Shown here in pieces: positions 18,830 through 27,068 of a DNA stretch of 64,000 bases (its first letter is position 1; each line of letters begins with the position of its first letter). Position numbers and translations under genes: made by a program. The stretch is from a virus. The DNA lies in IMG/VR virus record IMGVR_UViG_3300009365_003824, positions 1 to 64,000 of that record; one strand, written 5' to 3'. The notes under the pieces are model-generated. The model saw nothing but the letters and a program-made list of their open reading frames with translations, did no database searches and was not told the DNA's origin.

Positions 18830-19148
18830 AACCTATCTTTTGTATTGCGAGATATGCAATTATAAAAAAATCACTGATGGCTCTGATGATTCATTGGTAG
18901 AAATTAAGACTTCTCCGCTAATGACTTCACCGCCCACGCTAGATCCTGAAACAAAGAAGGCTATTCCAGCTAAATTTAAACCACAAAAGAAAAGGTTCAA
19001 GTGCCCTCAATGTGGAAGGGTGATTTTTCCTAGAAAGTTACAAATAGAAGATGAAGAAAAGTCTCAGGAAAATAACGATTCTGGACATCAAACAGGCGAT
19101 GAGGGACCAGAGGTTCAGGGAGAGCCTGCCTCTGGAAGTTCAGGATGA
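18819..19148 (+). CDS. zinc-ribbon protein
   Basis: CEIC and CPQCG pairs. Confidence 0.65.
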   Translation: MAIKTYLLYCEICNYKKITDGSDDSLVEIKTSPLMTSPPTLDPETKKAIPAKFKPQKKRFKCPQCGRVIFPRKLQIEDEEKSQENNDSGHQTGDEGPEVQGEPASGSSG

Positions 19149-19440
19149 TGTACAGAAATATCTAAGCAATCCAGGTTGTGCCTGCAATACCCCCATTTAT
19201 ATGAGGATTTTAAAAGAATGCAGGCCGCAAATCAAGCAATATTTTCCTGGCAAAGAGGTTAGCGATATAGATGAAGAGATTAAAGAGTTATCAAAAAATC
19301 ACTGGCGGGTAATTAATTGTCATGTTACAGAATTAGAAATAGAACTCAAAAAACTACCTCCTGGGAGGAAGCAAATTGATGTTGCTAGATACGAAGATCA
19401 GGTGACTTGTGTAATTAATGAACTGGATGTTTTGTATTAA
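19051..19440 (+). CDS. hypothetical protein
   Basis: 129-aa ORF with NPGCAC. Confidence 0.65.
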   Translation: MKKSLRKITILDIKQAMRDQRFRESLPLEVQDDVQKYLSNPGCACNTPIYMRILKECRPQIKQYFPGKEVSDIDEEIKELSKNHWRVINCHVTELEIELKKLPPGRKQIDVARYEDQVTCVINELDVLY

Positions 19441-20263
19441 GCTCATCTGCGTAGAAGTCGCAATCCCTTTCTTTTGTAGCCATAGATGACACTGTAGGTT
19501 CAGGGTGATCATCTGCGACCCATGCTTCAAAATTAAATTGAGGCATCTTGTTTGTCCTGTCTTCGGGGTGAAATAATGGCAACCCTTTGCTCACTCGCTC
19601 TTGAAGAGTAAGAATTTTTTCTTCAGATCCAGGTTGGGCATTTGTGGCCTCACTCTTCTTTTCTTGGCGGGTTGTAGGAATAAATATAAATGTCCCCAAC
19701 GGGTATTTAAGAAGGCTATCTTGGCTATCTTTTTCTATCTTACGACGATACGCCTGTTTCGCATATTCATTGTATTGATCTAGGTGTTTCTGGCATTTCG
19801 CTTTCCCTTCCGCAGCAGTCTCGCCACAAAGAGTGCATACTCCCTCTTTGCGTCGTTTTATCGCTTTTAGTTTTCGGGTTCTTCTGCTGCTCTTGGTGTT
19901 CTTTATTTTTTGACATTTTGGACACCATCTACCAAATCGAATCCCATTCCCGCCTCGTTTTGCTGAGAATTCATCACCACATTGTTCGCACGTCAGTGAT
20001 TTCAACCGCTTCTGGTTACGGGCTACCACATTTGCTCGACTGACTTTCATTTGGCACTTTGTCGAACAATACTTCTTCAGCATCTTGGCAGAAAACGTCT
20101 TTCCGCATAGTTCGCACGTTTGATTGTTTCGTGCAGCAATCTGTCGAGCTTTTCTCCTATCATTGCTGTTTTTAGTTTTGCACTTAGAAGAACAGAACTT
20201 CCTGCTCCCGTGCGGGGAATGATCCACGAAGGAATCCCCACAAACTCCGCAATCCTTGCGCAT
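19415..20263 (-). CDS. multi-zinc-finger protein, probably early
   Basis: Repeated CxxC...CSxKC units; strong SD AAGGAG; sigma70 promoter upstream. Confidence 0.7.
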   Translation of the reverse strand: MRKDCGVCGDSFVDHSPHGSRKFCSSKCKTKNSNDRRKARQIAARNNQTCELCGKTFSAKMLKKYCSTKCQMKVSRANVVARNQKRLKSLTCEQCGDEFSAKRGGNGIRFGRWCPKCQKIKNTKSSRRTRKLKAIKRRKEGVCTLCGETAAEGKAKCQKHLDQYNEYAKQAYRRKIEKDSQDSLLKYPLGTFIFIPTTRQEKKSEATNAQPGSEEKILTLQERVSKGLPLFHPEDRTNKMPQFNFEAWVADDHPEPTVSSMATKERDCDFYADELNTKHPVH

Positions 20264-20306
20264 TTTTGACTCCTTTCAAAAGTTGACAACTCCTTTCAGG
20301 TCTTCG

Positions 20307-20335
20307 ATTCTATGCCATTCCTACTATTTTATCAA
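20307..20335 (-). promoter_or_regulatory. sigma70-type promoter
   Basis: TTGATA-17 nt-TAGAAT. Confidence 0.7.
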
Positions 20336-20358
20336 TGTCTTATTTGAGGAGTTCAATC

Positions 20359-21201
20359 ATGGTAAGTATTGGTGTGGTGGGCATGGGTTTCGTGGGGGGT
20401 GCTGTTTTTAATGGCTTTAAGTATGAATGTGATGTGCGGGGTTATGATATTGATCCAAAAAAAACAACACACCCATTTGATGTGGTGGTAAATTCTGATT
20501 TCGTATTCGTGTGTCTTCCAACACCTATGGAAACCATAGAAGGGGGCAAGGCAGACATCTGCTACATAGATGATTTTTTTAATTCCCTCAAAGATGAGTT
20601 TAGGCTTAATCAAAAAACGATATTTATAATCAAATCTACGATCCCAGTAGGGACTACAAGACAGCTAAGTGAAAAGTATGAAATACCCATTGTCCATAGC
20701 CCAGAGTTCCTTACAGAAAAAAATGCCCAAGTTGATTTTATTACCCCCAACCGTCAGGTTGTTGGTTGTTTAGATGCGGCTACTAGCTGGAAGGTGGCTA
20801 ATCTATATAAAAGCAGGTTTCCTCAATGTCCCGTGTTTGAGATGGGTCCAGAAGAAGCGGAATTAGTTAAATATATGGCTAATGGTTTCTTGGCTACCAA
20901 GGTTTTGTTTTTTAATGAGATGAAATTGCTGTCTGATAGATTAGGACTTGATTGGCTTAGCATTATGGATGGGGTTTTAAGTGATGGTAGAATAGCCAAG
21001 GCTCACACAAGTATTCCTGGTCACGATGGCGACAGAGGTTTTGGTGGCAAGTGTTTCCCAAAAGATATAAATGCACTTATCGCTGTATTCAAAGACCATG
21101 ATTTAAACCCTTTACAGCTTGAAGCAACTTGGGAACAGAATAAAAAAATAAGAGAAAACTGGGACTGGGCCAGCATAAAAGGGGCGGTGAAAAATCAGTA
21201 A
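20359..21201 (+). CDS. UDP-glucose/GDP-mannose dehydrogenase family (short form)
   Basis: GMGFVG, CLPTP, KSTIPVG, SPEFL, AELVKY, GFGGKCFPKD; SD GAGGAG. Confidence 0.9.
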   Translation: MVSIGVVGMGFVGGAVFNGFKYECDVRGYDIDPKKTTHPFDVVVNSDFVFVCLPTPMETIEGGKADICYIDDFFNSLKDEFRLNQKTIFIIKSTIPVGTTRQLSEKYEIPIVHSPEFLTEKNAQVDFITPNRQVVGCLDAATSWKVANLYKSRFPQCPVFEMGPEEAELVKYMANGFLATKVLFFNEMKLLSDRLGLDWLSIMDGVLSDGRIAKAHTSIPGHDGDRGFGGKCFPKDINALIAVFKDHDLNPLQLEATWEQNKKIRENWDWASIKGAVKNQ

Positions 21202-21299
21202 AACCCCTATACAAGCGGTGAAAACCACCTAAATATAATTTTAGCTAATAATGACCTCCTCGTGCATAACTATGCATTGGAACACTAATGCGAGGAGGC

Positions 21300-22142
21300 A
21301 TGAAAATGAAAAGAATTTCATTAGTTCTGTTGGCTCTGCTGTTGATCTCTCAAACAGCGCAAGCCGCTAGACTCGTTACGTTTAGCTCATCTCGAAGGTC
21401 CACCTTCTATGTGGATCAAAAGTTCTCCGAAGTTAATAAATCCCTTGGAGTTAAAGTGTTAAAAATAACTTCAGACGGGGATAGTATTGACGGAACCAGA
21501 ATGGATGTACTCGCCATAAGGCTGAAAGAATTAGAAGGTGAATTGGATAATGATGCAATTAGATTAGAAGCCAAAGGAAACATTGATGTAATACTCCAGA
21601 ATAGGACATTGGGCAGATATAAAGTAACCCTACATGAAAGTGTAGATGTAAAGCCGGGGGTGATAAAATCCCACATGTATTTGGTGCAACCTAGACTTAG
21701 ATTGTGCATTCAAGGTAGAACAGTATGGGTGGACGCTTGTTCTTTTAATGCTACTGTAACCAAAGCTGGAAACAAGAGTAAATTTGACGTGAGTGTTTAT
21801 TTAAAGGTCACGGTATCTTTGCCTTGCATATTTCGCAGAATTGGGAATAGAATCGCAAGTAATGCCCTTCACCAAACAACCTGTCAAACTCTCTCTCAAA
21901 CAGTGAACGATATTCTTTGTGCATTGTGCGAAGAAAACCCCGACACACTAGACTTAGCTACCATGTTTTTAAAGACCTTAAAGAAGGTGGGTCTTGAAGA
22001 CGATGCTGTTGTGAAGGTAAAGGTAAGAGGAGTAGAGGTTAAATTTGATGATTTGGAAGAAGTAAAAAAAGCACTAGAAAACAAAGAAGTTAAAGAAACC
22101 ATAAATACAATAGAAGGGACTATATCTGAACTAAAGGAGTGA
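21300..22142 (+). CDS. signal-peptide hypothetical protein
   Basis: MKRISLVLLALLLISQTAQA; SD GGAGG. Confidence 0.7.
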   Translation: MKMKRISLVLLALLLISQTAQAARLVTFSSSRRSTFYVDQKFSEVNKSLGVKVLKITSDGDSIDGTRMDVLAIRLKELEGELDNDAIRLEAKGNIDVILQNRTLGRYKVTLHESVDVKPGVIKSHMYLVQPRLRLCIQGRTVWVDACSFNATVTKAGNKSKFDVSVYLKVTVSLPCIFRRIGNRIASNALHQTTCQTLSQTVNDILCALCEENPDTLDLATMFLKTLKKVGLEDDAVVKVKVRGVEVKFDDLEEVKKALENKEVKETINTIEGTISELKE

Positions 22143-22143
22143 T

Positions 22144-22725
22144 ATGAGCAATAGAATAGCCATCTTATCACATAAGTATAAATTCATTTACATAAAAGCT
22201 CACAAGACTGCCGGGAGCAGCATTTCGGCAGCACTTGTCCAGCATTGTGGCAAAGAAGACAGGATAAGAGCGGTTCCTAAATTCAAACAATATACCAATA
22301 ACCCCCTAGCTGAAGGAGAAGAGGTTCCCGAAGATATTTGGAGTAGTTACTATAAAATGACTGTCATTCGCAATCCTTGGGATTATTTAGTTTCATTGTG
22401 GTGGTGGAGGAAGTATTGGTTCAAAGTCAAATTAAGTTTTGATGATTTTGTCGTAAGGCAAAAAGACCATAACGGTAGGCGTTGTTATTTCAACAAAGAC
22501 GGAAGTTTAGTATGTGACCACTATATGAGGTTTGAACATTTAGAAAAAGATTACACTGATTTTTGCGAATACACTGGATACCCTTTAGAGTTGCCACTCC
22601 CAAGACTGAAAACCTTTCAAAGAGAAGACAAACGACACTACAGAGAATACTACACTAAAGAGACTAAAGACTTTGTTAGTCATAAATTTAAACGTTTCCT
22701 GAAAGTATTTGATTACGAGTTTTAA
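22144..22725 (+). CDS. sulfotransferase family 2 protein
   Basis: FIYIKAHKTAGSS, IRNPWDYLVS, RFEHL, HYREYY, FDYEF. Confidence 0.85.
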   Translation: MSNRIAILSHKYKFIYIKAHKTAGSSISAALVQHCGKEDRIRAVPKFKQYTNNPLAEGEEVPEDIWSSYYKMTVIRNPWDYLVSLWWWRKYWFKVKLSFDDFVVRQKDHNGRRCYFNKDGSLVCDHYMRFEHLEKDYTDFCEYTGYPLELPLPRLKTFQREDKRHYREYYTKETKDFVSHKFKRFLKVFDYEF

Positions 22726-23678
22726 CTAATTATCAAACCAAAATGCTCTGAACGATCAATCTTGTGGGCGCATTGTCTTTTCATAAGAATGGGATAGTCC
22801 CTATATTTGTTTATTTCCATAGGCCACACATCATTCTGAAGACGACGCGCCCCTAATTTTAGAGCATTATCATAAAACACATTAGCCTTATTGTATTTCT
22901 TCACCAGCTTATAATAAATATCGCCCAATAGACACCAGAATTCAGCCATAAGAGGTTTCGCTATCAGGCCGGGCATCAAATTGCGAATAGCTAGATTTGT
23001 GTCTTTTTTTACATGGCAATATACCATCGAGCAATAGTATCTGGTCATAATTATTGGCATAAGTTCACTTTTTTCTTTGAACAGATAGATGTTGGCTATT
23101 TTAAGAAATTCATCATAGTTCATCTGGGAAAGCAAGGCACACGCCTCATAATAATATGGTTCACTTGAGGCGGGTTCTTTTTTTCTCCACTTCTGAACTA
23201 ATTGCAGGTTGTTAGATTGTTCAATCAATTTAGATCGAATTACACACCCGGAATCTTCAGCTTTGCCAGCTAAACACTCATAAATAGGATTGACAAATTT
23301 AAATCCTTTTTGCCACATCCTTATTTCTTTTGTCATGGTTTGTGCTTGAAACACTCTAAAATTCCACAATGGGTGGTCTTTTTTCATTACGTTCATCAAG
23401 GTGGGAACCTGACCAGCAGCCAGTTTTTCATAAGGTTGTATATAAAGCTGCCACTTGTGCCTAGCTTCTTCAGCCAGCCTATTTCTCGCCTCACTTCTAT
23501 CATCGCTCTCTAAATCAACAACTCTTGCCCCGTAGGATTCACACAGGTCTTTGGTCTTATCTTTACTGCCAAAGTCACCAACAAGAATCTCAGCTTCTAG
23601 GGGAAGAATGGATTTAATTGCTGTTTCAATCTGATTCTGATTGTTCAGAGTCAAAATTTGCACGGTTAATTGTGACAT
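22722..23678 (-). CDS. GT2 glycosyltransferase-like domain plus TPR repeats
   Basis: GDFGSKD, ARN; AEFWCLLGDIYY TPR-like helices; DxD degenerate. Confidence 0.7.
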   Translation of the reverse strand: MSQLTVQILTLNNQNQIETAIKSILPLEAEILVGDFGSKDKTKDLCESYGARVVDLESDDRSEARNRLAEEARHKWQLYIQPYEKLAAGQVPTLMNVMKKDHPLWNFRVFQAQTMTKEIRMWQKGFKFVNPIYECLAGKAEDSGCVIRSKLIEQSNNLQLVQKWRKKEPASSEPYYYEACALLSQMNYDEFLKIANIYLFKEKSELMPIIMTRYYCSMVYCHVKKDTNLAIRNLMPGLIAKPLMAEFWCLLGDIYYKLVKKYNKANVFYDNALKLGARRLQNDVWPMEINKYRDYPILMKRQCAHKIDRSEHFGLIIS

Positions 23679-23826
23679 TTTTGGGGAATCTATCTTCTAT
23701 TAATTCCAGAAAGGCTTGTGCCTCGTTGTGTTTATGAACAGATTCATAATATTTGATCAAATCATCGTATGATTTGAAAGCAAATGGATTGTCCAACAAG
23801 GCAGCAAATAGTAAATCTGGCTTCAT
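23626..23826 (-). CDS. hypothetical protein
   Basis: 66-aa ORF with ACTATATTA motif 5 nt before ATG. Confidence 0.55.
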   Translation of the reverse strand: MKPDLLFAALLDNPFAFKSYDDLIKYYESVHKHNEAQAFLELIEDRFPKNVTINRANFDSEQSESD

Positions 23827-23843
23827 AAAGTTAATATAGTAAA

Positions 23844-24830
23844 ATGAGTTGTCGAGTTATATCATTTAATCGTTGGAAAAACGCTCCTGATACGCATAAG
23901 AAGGTGGAAAGTGGGGATAAACACTTTCTATTTTATGATAGAGATGAGCAAAAACCCATATTTTGTCCGGTGAAATTAGCCGAAGTAGAATCATCTCCTT
24001 TCTTAGGTTCTCAGCCCCAACACAAGCCGTGGGAAGGCAATTGTGATAAGAAACCTTGGGAGTATGAGGTCACAGCCGTCATTCCATCTTTAAATACGCC
24101 TGAGACGCTCCCTGTGTGCATAGAGCTACTTAGACTACAAACAGTGCGTCCATTTATTATGATTATAGATACGGGCAGCACGGGCGAAGAATGGGAAGCT
24201 ACTCAAAAATTAATTGCACCCGATGTAGAGGTTCATTCTATTAAGTTGCATGGTGTACGACACCCATCAGATTATCCTGCAATGGCTATGGATGCTGCTT
24301 TTGCCATGTGTAGGACTGAATATCTTTTTGCAACACACGCAGACGTATTTTTAAGGCGTCAAGATTTCGTGGAAGATTTACTTAAACTCTGCAAGATTGA
24401 ATCCCCTGTTGTAGGTTATCAATTAAGTCCACGAAACCACAAGGATTGGAAAGGTATGTGTAGTCATACAGCGTCTATGTATCACATTCCCACAATGGAC
24501 AGAATAGGTTTTGGCTGGAATCTAAGGAGATTGTGTAATCAGTATGGGATAGAAGATTATACTCCTGTGCCAAGCAGACCTAATTGGCCGGATACAGAGA
24601 TATTAGGTAATTACATTTTAAAAAAACATGACATCACTCCTCACCTTGTAGGCGAGGAAGAGAACAACGAAAGAACTTTAGATGAAAATTTAGACCACAT
24701 AAGAAGTTATACATCCCTAAAATTATATGGAGGCGAAAATTTCGCCAGAGCAAAGGATCTTTTTAATAAAGCTAAAGAAAACGCTGAAAAAAGAATAGAA
24801 AAATGGAAAAAAATTTCTCGTGCGCAGTAA
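23844..24830 (+). CDS. GT2-like glycosyltransferase (paralog of 32480-33316)
   Basis: VTAVIP, IIDTGS, ATHAD, WPDTE. Confidence 0.75.
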   Translation: MSCRVISFNRWKNAPDTHKKVESGDKHFLFYDRDEQKPIFCPVKLAEVESSPFLGSQPQHKPWEGNCDKKPWEYEVTAVIPSLNTPETLPVCIELLRLQTVRPFIMIIDTGSTGEEWEATQKLIAPDVEVHSIKLHGVRHPSDYPAMAMDAAFAMCRTEYLFATHADVFLRRQDFVEDLLKLCKIESPVVGYQLSPRNHKDWKGMCSHTASMYHIPTMDRIGFGWNLRRLCNQYGIEDYTPVPSRPNWPDTEILGNYILKKHDITPHLVGEEENNERTLDENLDHIRSYTSLKLYGGENFARAKDLFNKAKENAEKRIEKWKKISRAQ

Positions 24831-24870
24831 ATACATAGGGTTTTTTCTACTTAATCTTCGAGGAGGGCTT

Positions 24871-25458
24871 ATGGCAGTTGAATATCTAAACAATAAGGTA
24901 TTCGAGAGAACTATTCAGGAATTTCAAGTGTCGAAGAGAGAGAAAAGAAAGTACGAATTGATAATGGAAGACCTCCAAGGGTCGAAAGAAAGGCGCATAA
25001 AAAGAAGCAATCAAAATAAGAGGCGAGGCAAGCTACTTGCAACACTCTTAGACCAGAAGGAAGAGGAATATGGCTCTGTGTTGGGTGATTTTAATGTGTT
25101 GCAGGACAATTTAGCCCTGGCATTTTATACTCTGAGTGAAAACCTAGTGAAATATGCCCAGTTTCAGTTCATAGAGGAAGATGATGCTATTCAGGAAGGT
25201 GTAGTGATTTGTTTTGAGAAAATCGACAGATTCAATCCTGATAAAGGCAAGGCTTTTAACTATATGACCACTTGTATTTTAAACCACTTTAGGCAACTTT
25301 ACAGAACGGCAAGAAACTACCAGGAATTAAAAAAGAAGTATCTCGCATTTATCCAACAGGAAATTGACCGAATTATAATTCACAATGGCAAACAAACCTC
25401 TTTATGTAACAACACTACACCAGTTCCAGTAGGAAATAGTAGACAAAGAAATGATTAA
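24871..25458 (+). CDS. T4 gp55-like late-transcription sigma factor
   Basis: YLNNK, DDAIQEGV..CFEKIDRFNPDK.KAFNYMT..I.N.FRQ; no region 4; SD AGGAGG. Confidence 0.85.
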   Translation: MAVEYLNNKVFERTIQEFQVSKREKRKYELIMEDLQGSKERRIKRSNQNKRRGKLLATLLDQKEEEYGSVLGDFNVLQDNLALAFYTLSENLVKYAQFQFIEEDDAIQEGVVICFEKIDRFNPDKGKAFNYMTTCILNHFRQLYRTARNYQELKKKYLAFIQQEIDRIIIHNGKQTSLCNNTTPVPVGNSRQRND

Positions 25459-25459
25459 C

Positions 25460-25488
25460 TTGCGTAATTAAATTAAAATGTGTATAAT
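25460..25488 (+). promoter_or_regulatory. sigma70-type promoter
   Basis: TTGCGT-17 nt-TATAAT. Confidence 0.65.
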
Positions 25489-25517
25489 TCGTATGTGTGC
25501 GTATAAGGACAATCATT

Positions 25518-25760
25518 ATGATGTTAAAAAGCAGTATGCTGGAAGAAATAGAGAGAGCAGAACTAATACAAAAATTAGTGGATAGTGGATACGGAGAATT
25601 AGTCGAAACCCTTTTGCTGAATGAAACTAAGGTTTATACAAAAAAGGGGCGTCTAAACAAAAGTGGCACATGTAGAGTCTTGGGCTGGAAAACTAAACAA
25701 TTAGAAGATGCCTTGGAAGAGTGTCGCAAAATTCTACACGATGATGTAGAAGAAGAGTAA
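25518..25760 (+). CDS. hypothetical protein (possible HTH)
   Basis: YTKKGRLNKSGTCRVLGWK; followed by a terminator. Confidence 0.65.
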   Translation: MMLKSSMLEEIERAELIQKLVDSGYGELVETLLLNETKVYTKKGRLNKSGTCRVLGWKTKQLEDALEECRKILHDDVEEE

Positions 25761-25764
25761 AATA

Positions 25765-25796
25765 AAACAACCCACCCCCGTAGGGGTGGGTTGTTT
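25765..25796. terminator. bidirectional terminator
   Basis: AAACAACCCACCCC-loop-GGGGTGGGTTGTTT between convergent genes. Confidence 0.85.
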
Positions 25797-25797
25797 C

Positions 25798-26313
25798 TTA
25801 ATTTCTCCAAGCACGATCATATTTCAGAGTGATGTCGCAGGTAACAACTTCGTTATTACCCATATCAAGTTCTCCGAAATTTATTTGCTCCGGCCAACAG
25901 TTTTCAAAAGTCCAACTTTCTATTATATCACCACAACCTGAGTACATCTCCAGTTCACCAGTTTTTTTGAATATACCATTTTCATTTATAATTGGAAAAT
26001 AGTTGCCCTCATACGGTTGATAGATTTCATAGATCCAATCCCATACTGGATGACTACCGCCTTGCGTGCAAATATCATAAAGCGTCAAATTAATAGGTTT
26101 CCAATCAGGTTTACCAGGGAGATAAACATTTTCTATTAAGTGTTGCACTTCAATGTTTTTGAATGCTAAATTAGGTCTAGCACCTTTCAAAGGTGGTAAA
26201 ACATTGACGCCTTCTCGTTCGCCACACACGCCGATAATTTCAAACATCCAACGAAATCGCCTTTTGTAAATGGTGTCCGGCGCAGCCAGAACACCCATGC
26301 CCATATTTGCCAT
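25798..26313 (-). CDS. tail tube protein 2 (gp19-like)
   Basis: KRRFRW, PGKPDWKPINLTLYD, WPEQINFGELD, TLKYD. Confidence 0.88.
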   Translation of the reverse strand: MANMGMGVLAAPDTIYKRRFRWMFEIIGVCGEREGVNVLPPLKGARPNLAFKNIEVQHLIENVYLPGKPDWKPINLTLYDICTQGGSHPVWDWIYEIYQPYEGNYFPIINENGIFKKTGELEMYSGCGDIIESWTFENCWPEQINFGELDMGNNEVVTCDITLKYDRAWRN

Positions 26314-26361
26314 AGGTTATTCCGATTGTTAAAAAAAAGGGGGGGAAGAAAGTTATAGAAC

Positions 26362-26400
26362 AGTAGAGTAGTAAAGGAGGACTCCTTTACTACATCTACT
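26362..26400. other. long hairpin between the two tube genes
   Basis: AGTAGA-GTAGTAAAGGAG / CTCCTTTACTAC-A-TCTACT. Confidence 0.7.
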
Positions 26401-26422
26401 GATCTGTATTTCTTATCGTTTG

Positions 26423-27052
26423 TTAGCAAGACGCATCACAGCAATAATCAAATTCACCTGCACAGGAACAATATTCAACATCTGAATATCTAACTGTCAG
26501 TTCGATTGTTGCTTCTTCGGAGCTTGCATAATCTAAATCACCGAAATTAATTGCTTGTGGCCATGCATCTTTTAAAGTCCACTCTTCAAGGGTATCACCA
26601 CAACCGCTATACATACGCAAGTTAATTACTGCGGAGTAATCGCTTCGTGCAGAACCCATATGAGCAACGTTTTTATTTCCGCCACGCGGCCCGCCTTGAA
26701 TTCCTTCTGTGAAGTTATAAACACTGGCTAACCATGAATACAAAGCCATAATGCCGGTTCCAGCAGCTTCGCCTACAACATCATAGAAAGTAACAGTGAT
26801 TGTTTCCCAACTTGCTTTTCCAGGTATCCAAGTTCGACCGTTTTTCATATTGATTTCGGTTTCTTCAATGGTAATGTTCGGACGAGATGCCAACTTGACA
26901 AATTCTTCTTCAATTGAAGTGTTATTGCCTTTGGTACACAACGGAGTGATTGTCATGCCCCATCTGAATTTACGTTTGAAAATAGTGGTTGAGTCTACTA
27001 ATAGACCCATACCCATATTTACTTTATCTCTTGGTGCGCATTTTGCAACCAT
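26423..27052 (-). CDS. tail tube protein 1 (gp19-like)
   Basis: KRKFRW, PGKASWETITVTFYD, AWPQAINFGDLDY; directly after the sheath gene. Confidence 0.9.
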   Translation of the reverse strand: MVAKCAPRDKVNMGMGLLVDSTTIFKRKFRWGMTITPLCTKGNNTSIEEEFVKLASRPNITIEETEINMKNGRTWIPGKASWETITVTFYDVVGEAAGTGIMALYSWLASVYNFTEGIQGGPRGGNKNVAHMGSARSDYSAVINLRMYSGCGDTLEEWTLKDAWPQAINFGDLDYASSEEATIELTVRYSDVEYCSCAGEFDYCCDASC

Positions 27053-27068
27053 TTTTTAAAAACCTCCA

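Noticed and set aside
21184-21224. GCGGTGAAAA direct repeat as an operator; also ACTCCTTTCA x2 at 20269/20289
   Set aside because: Only two short copies each; the second is simply a duplicated SD region.
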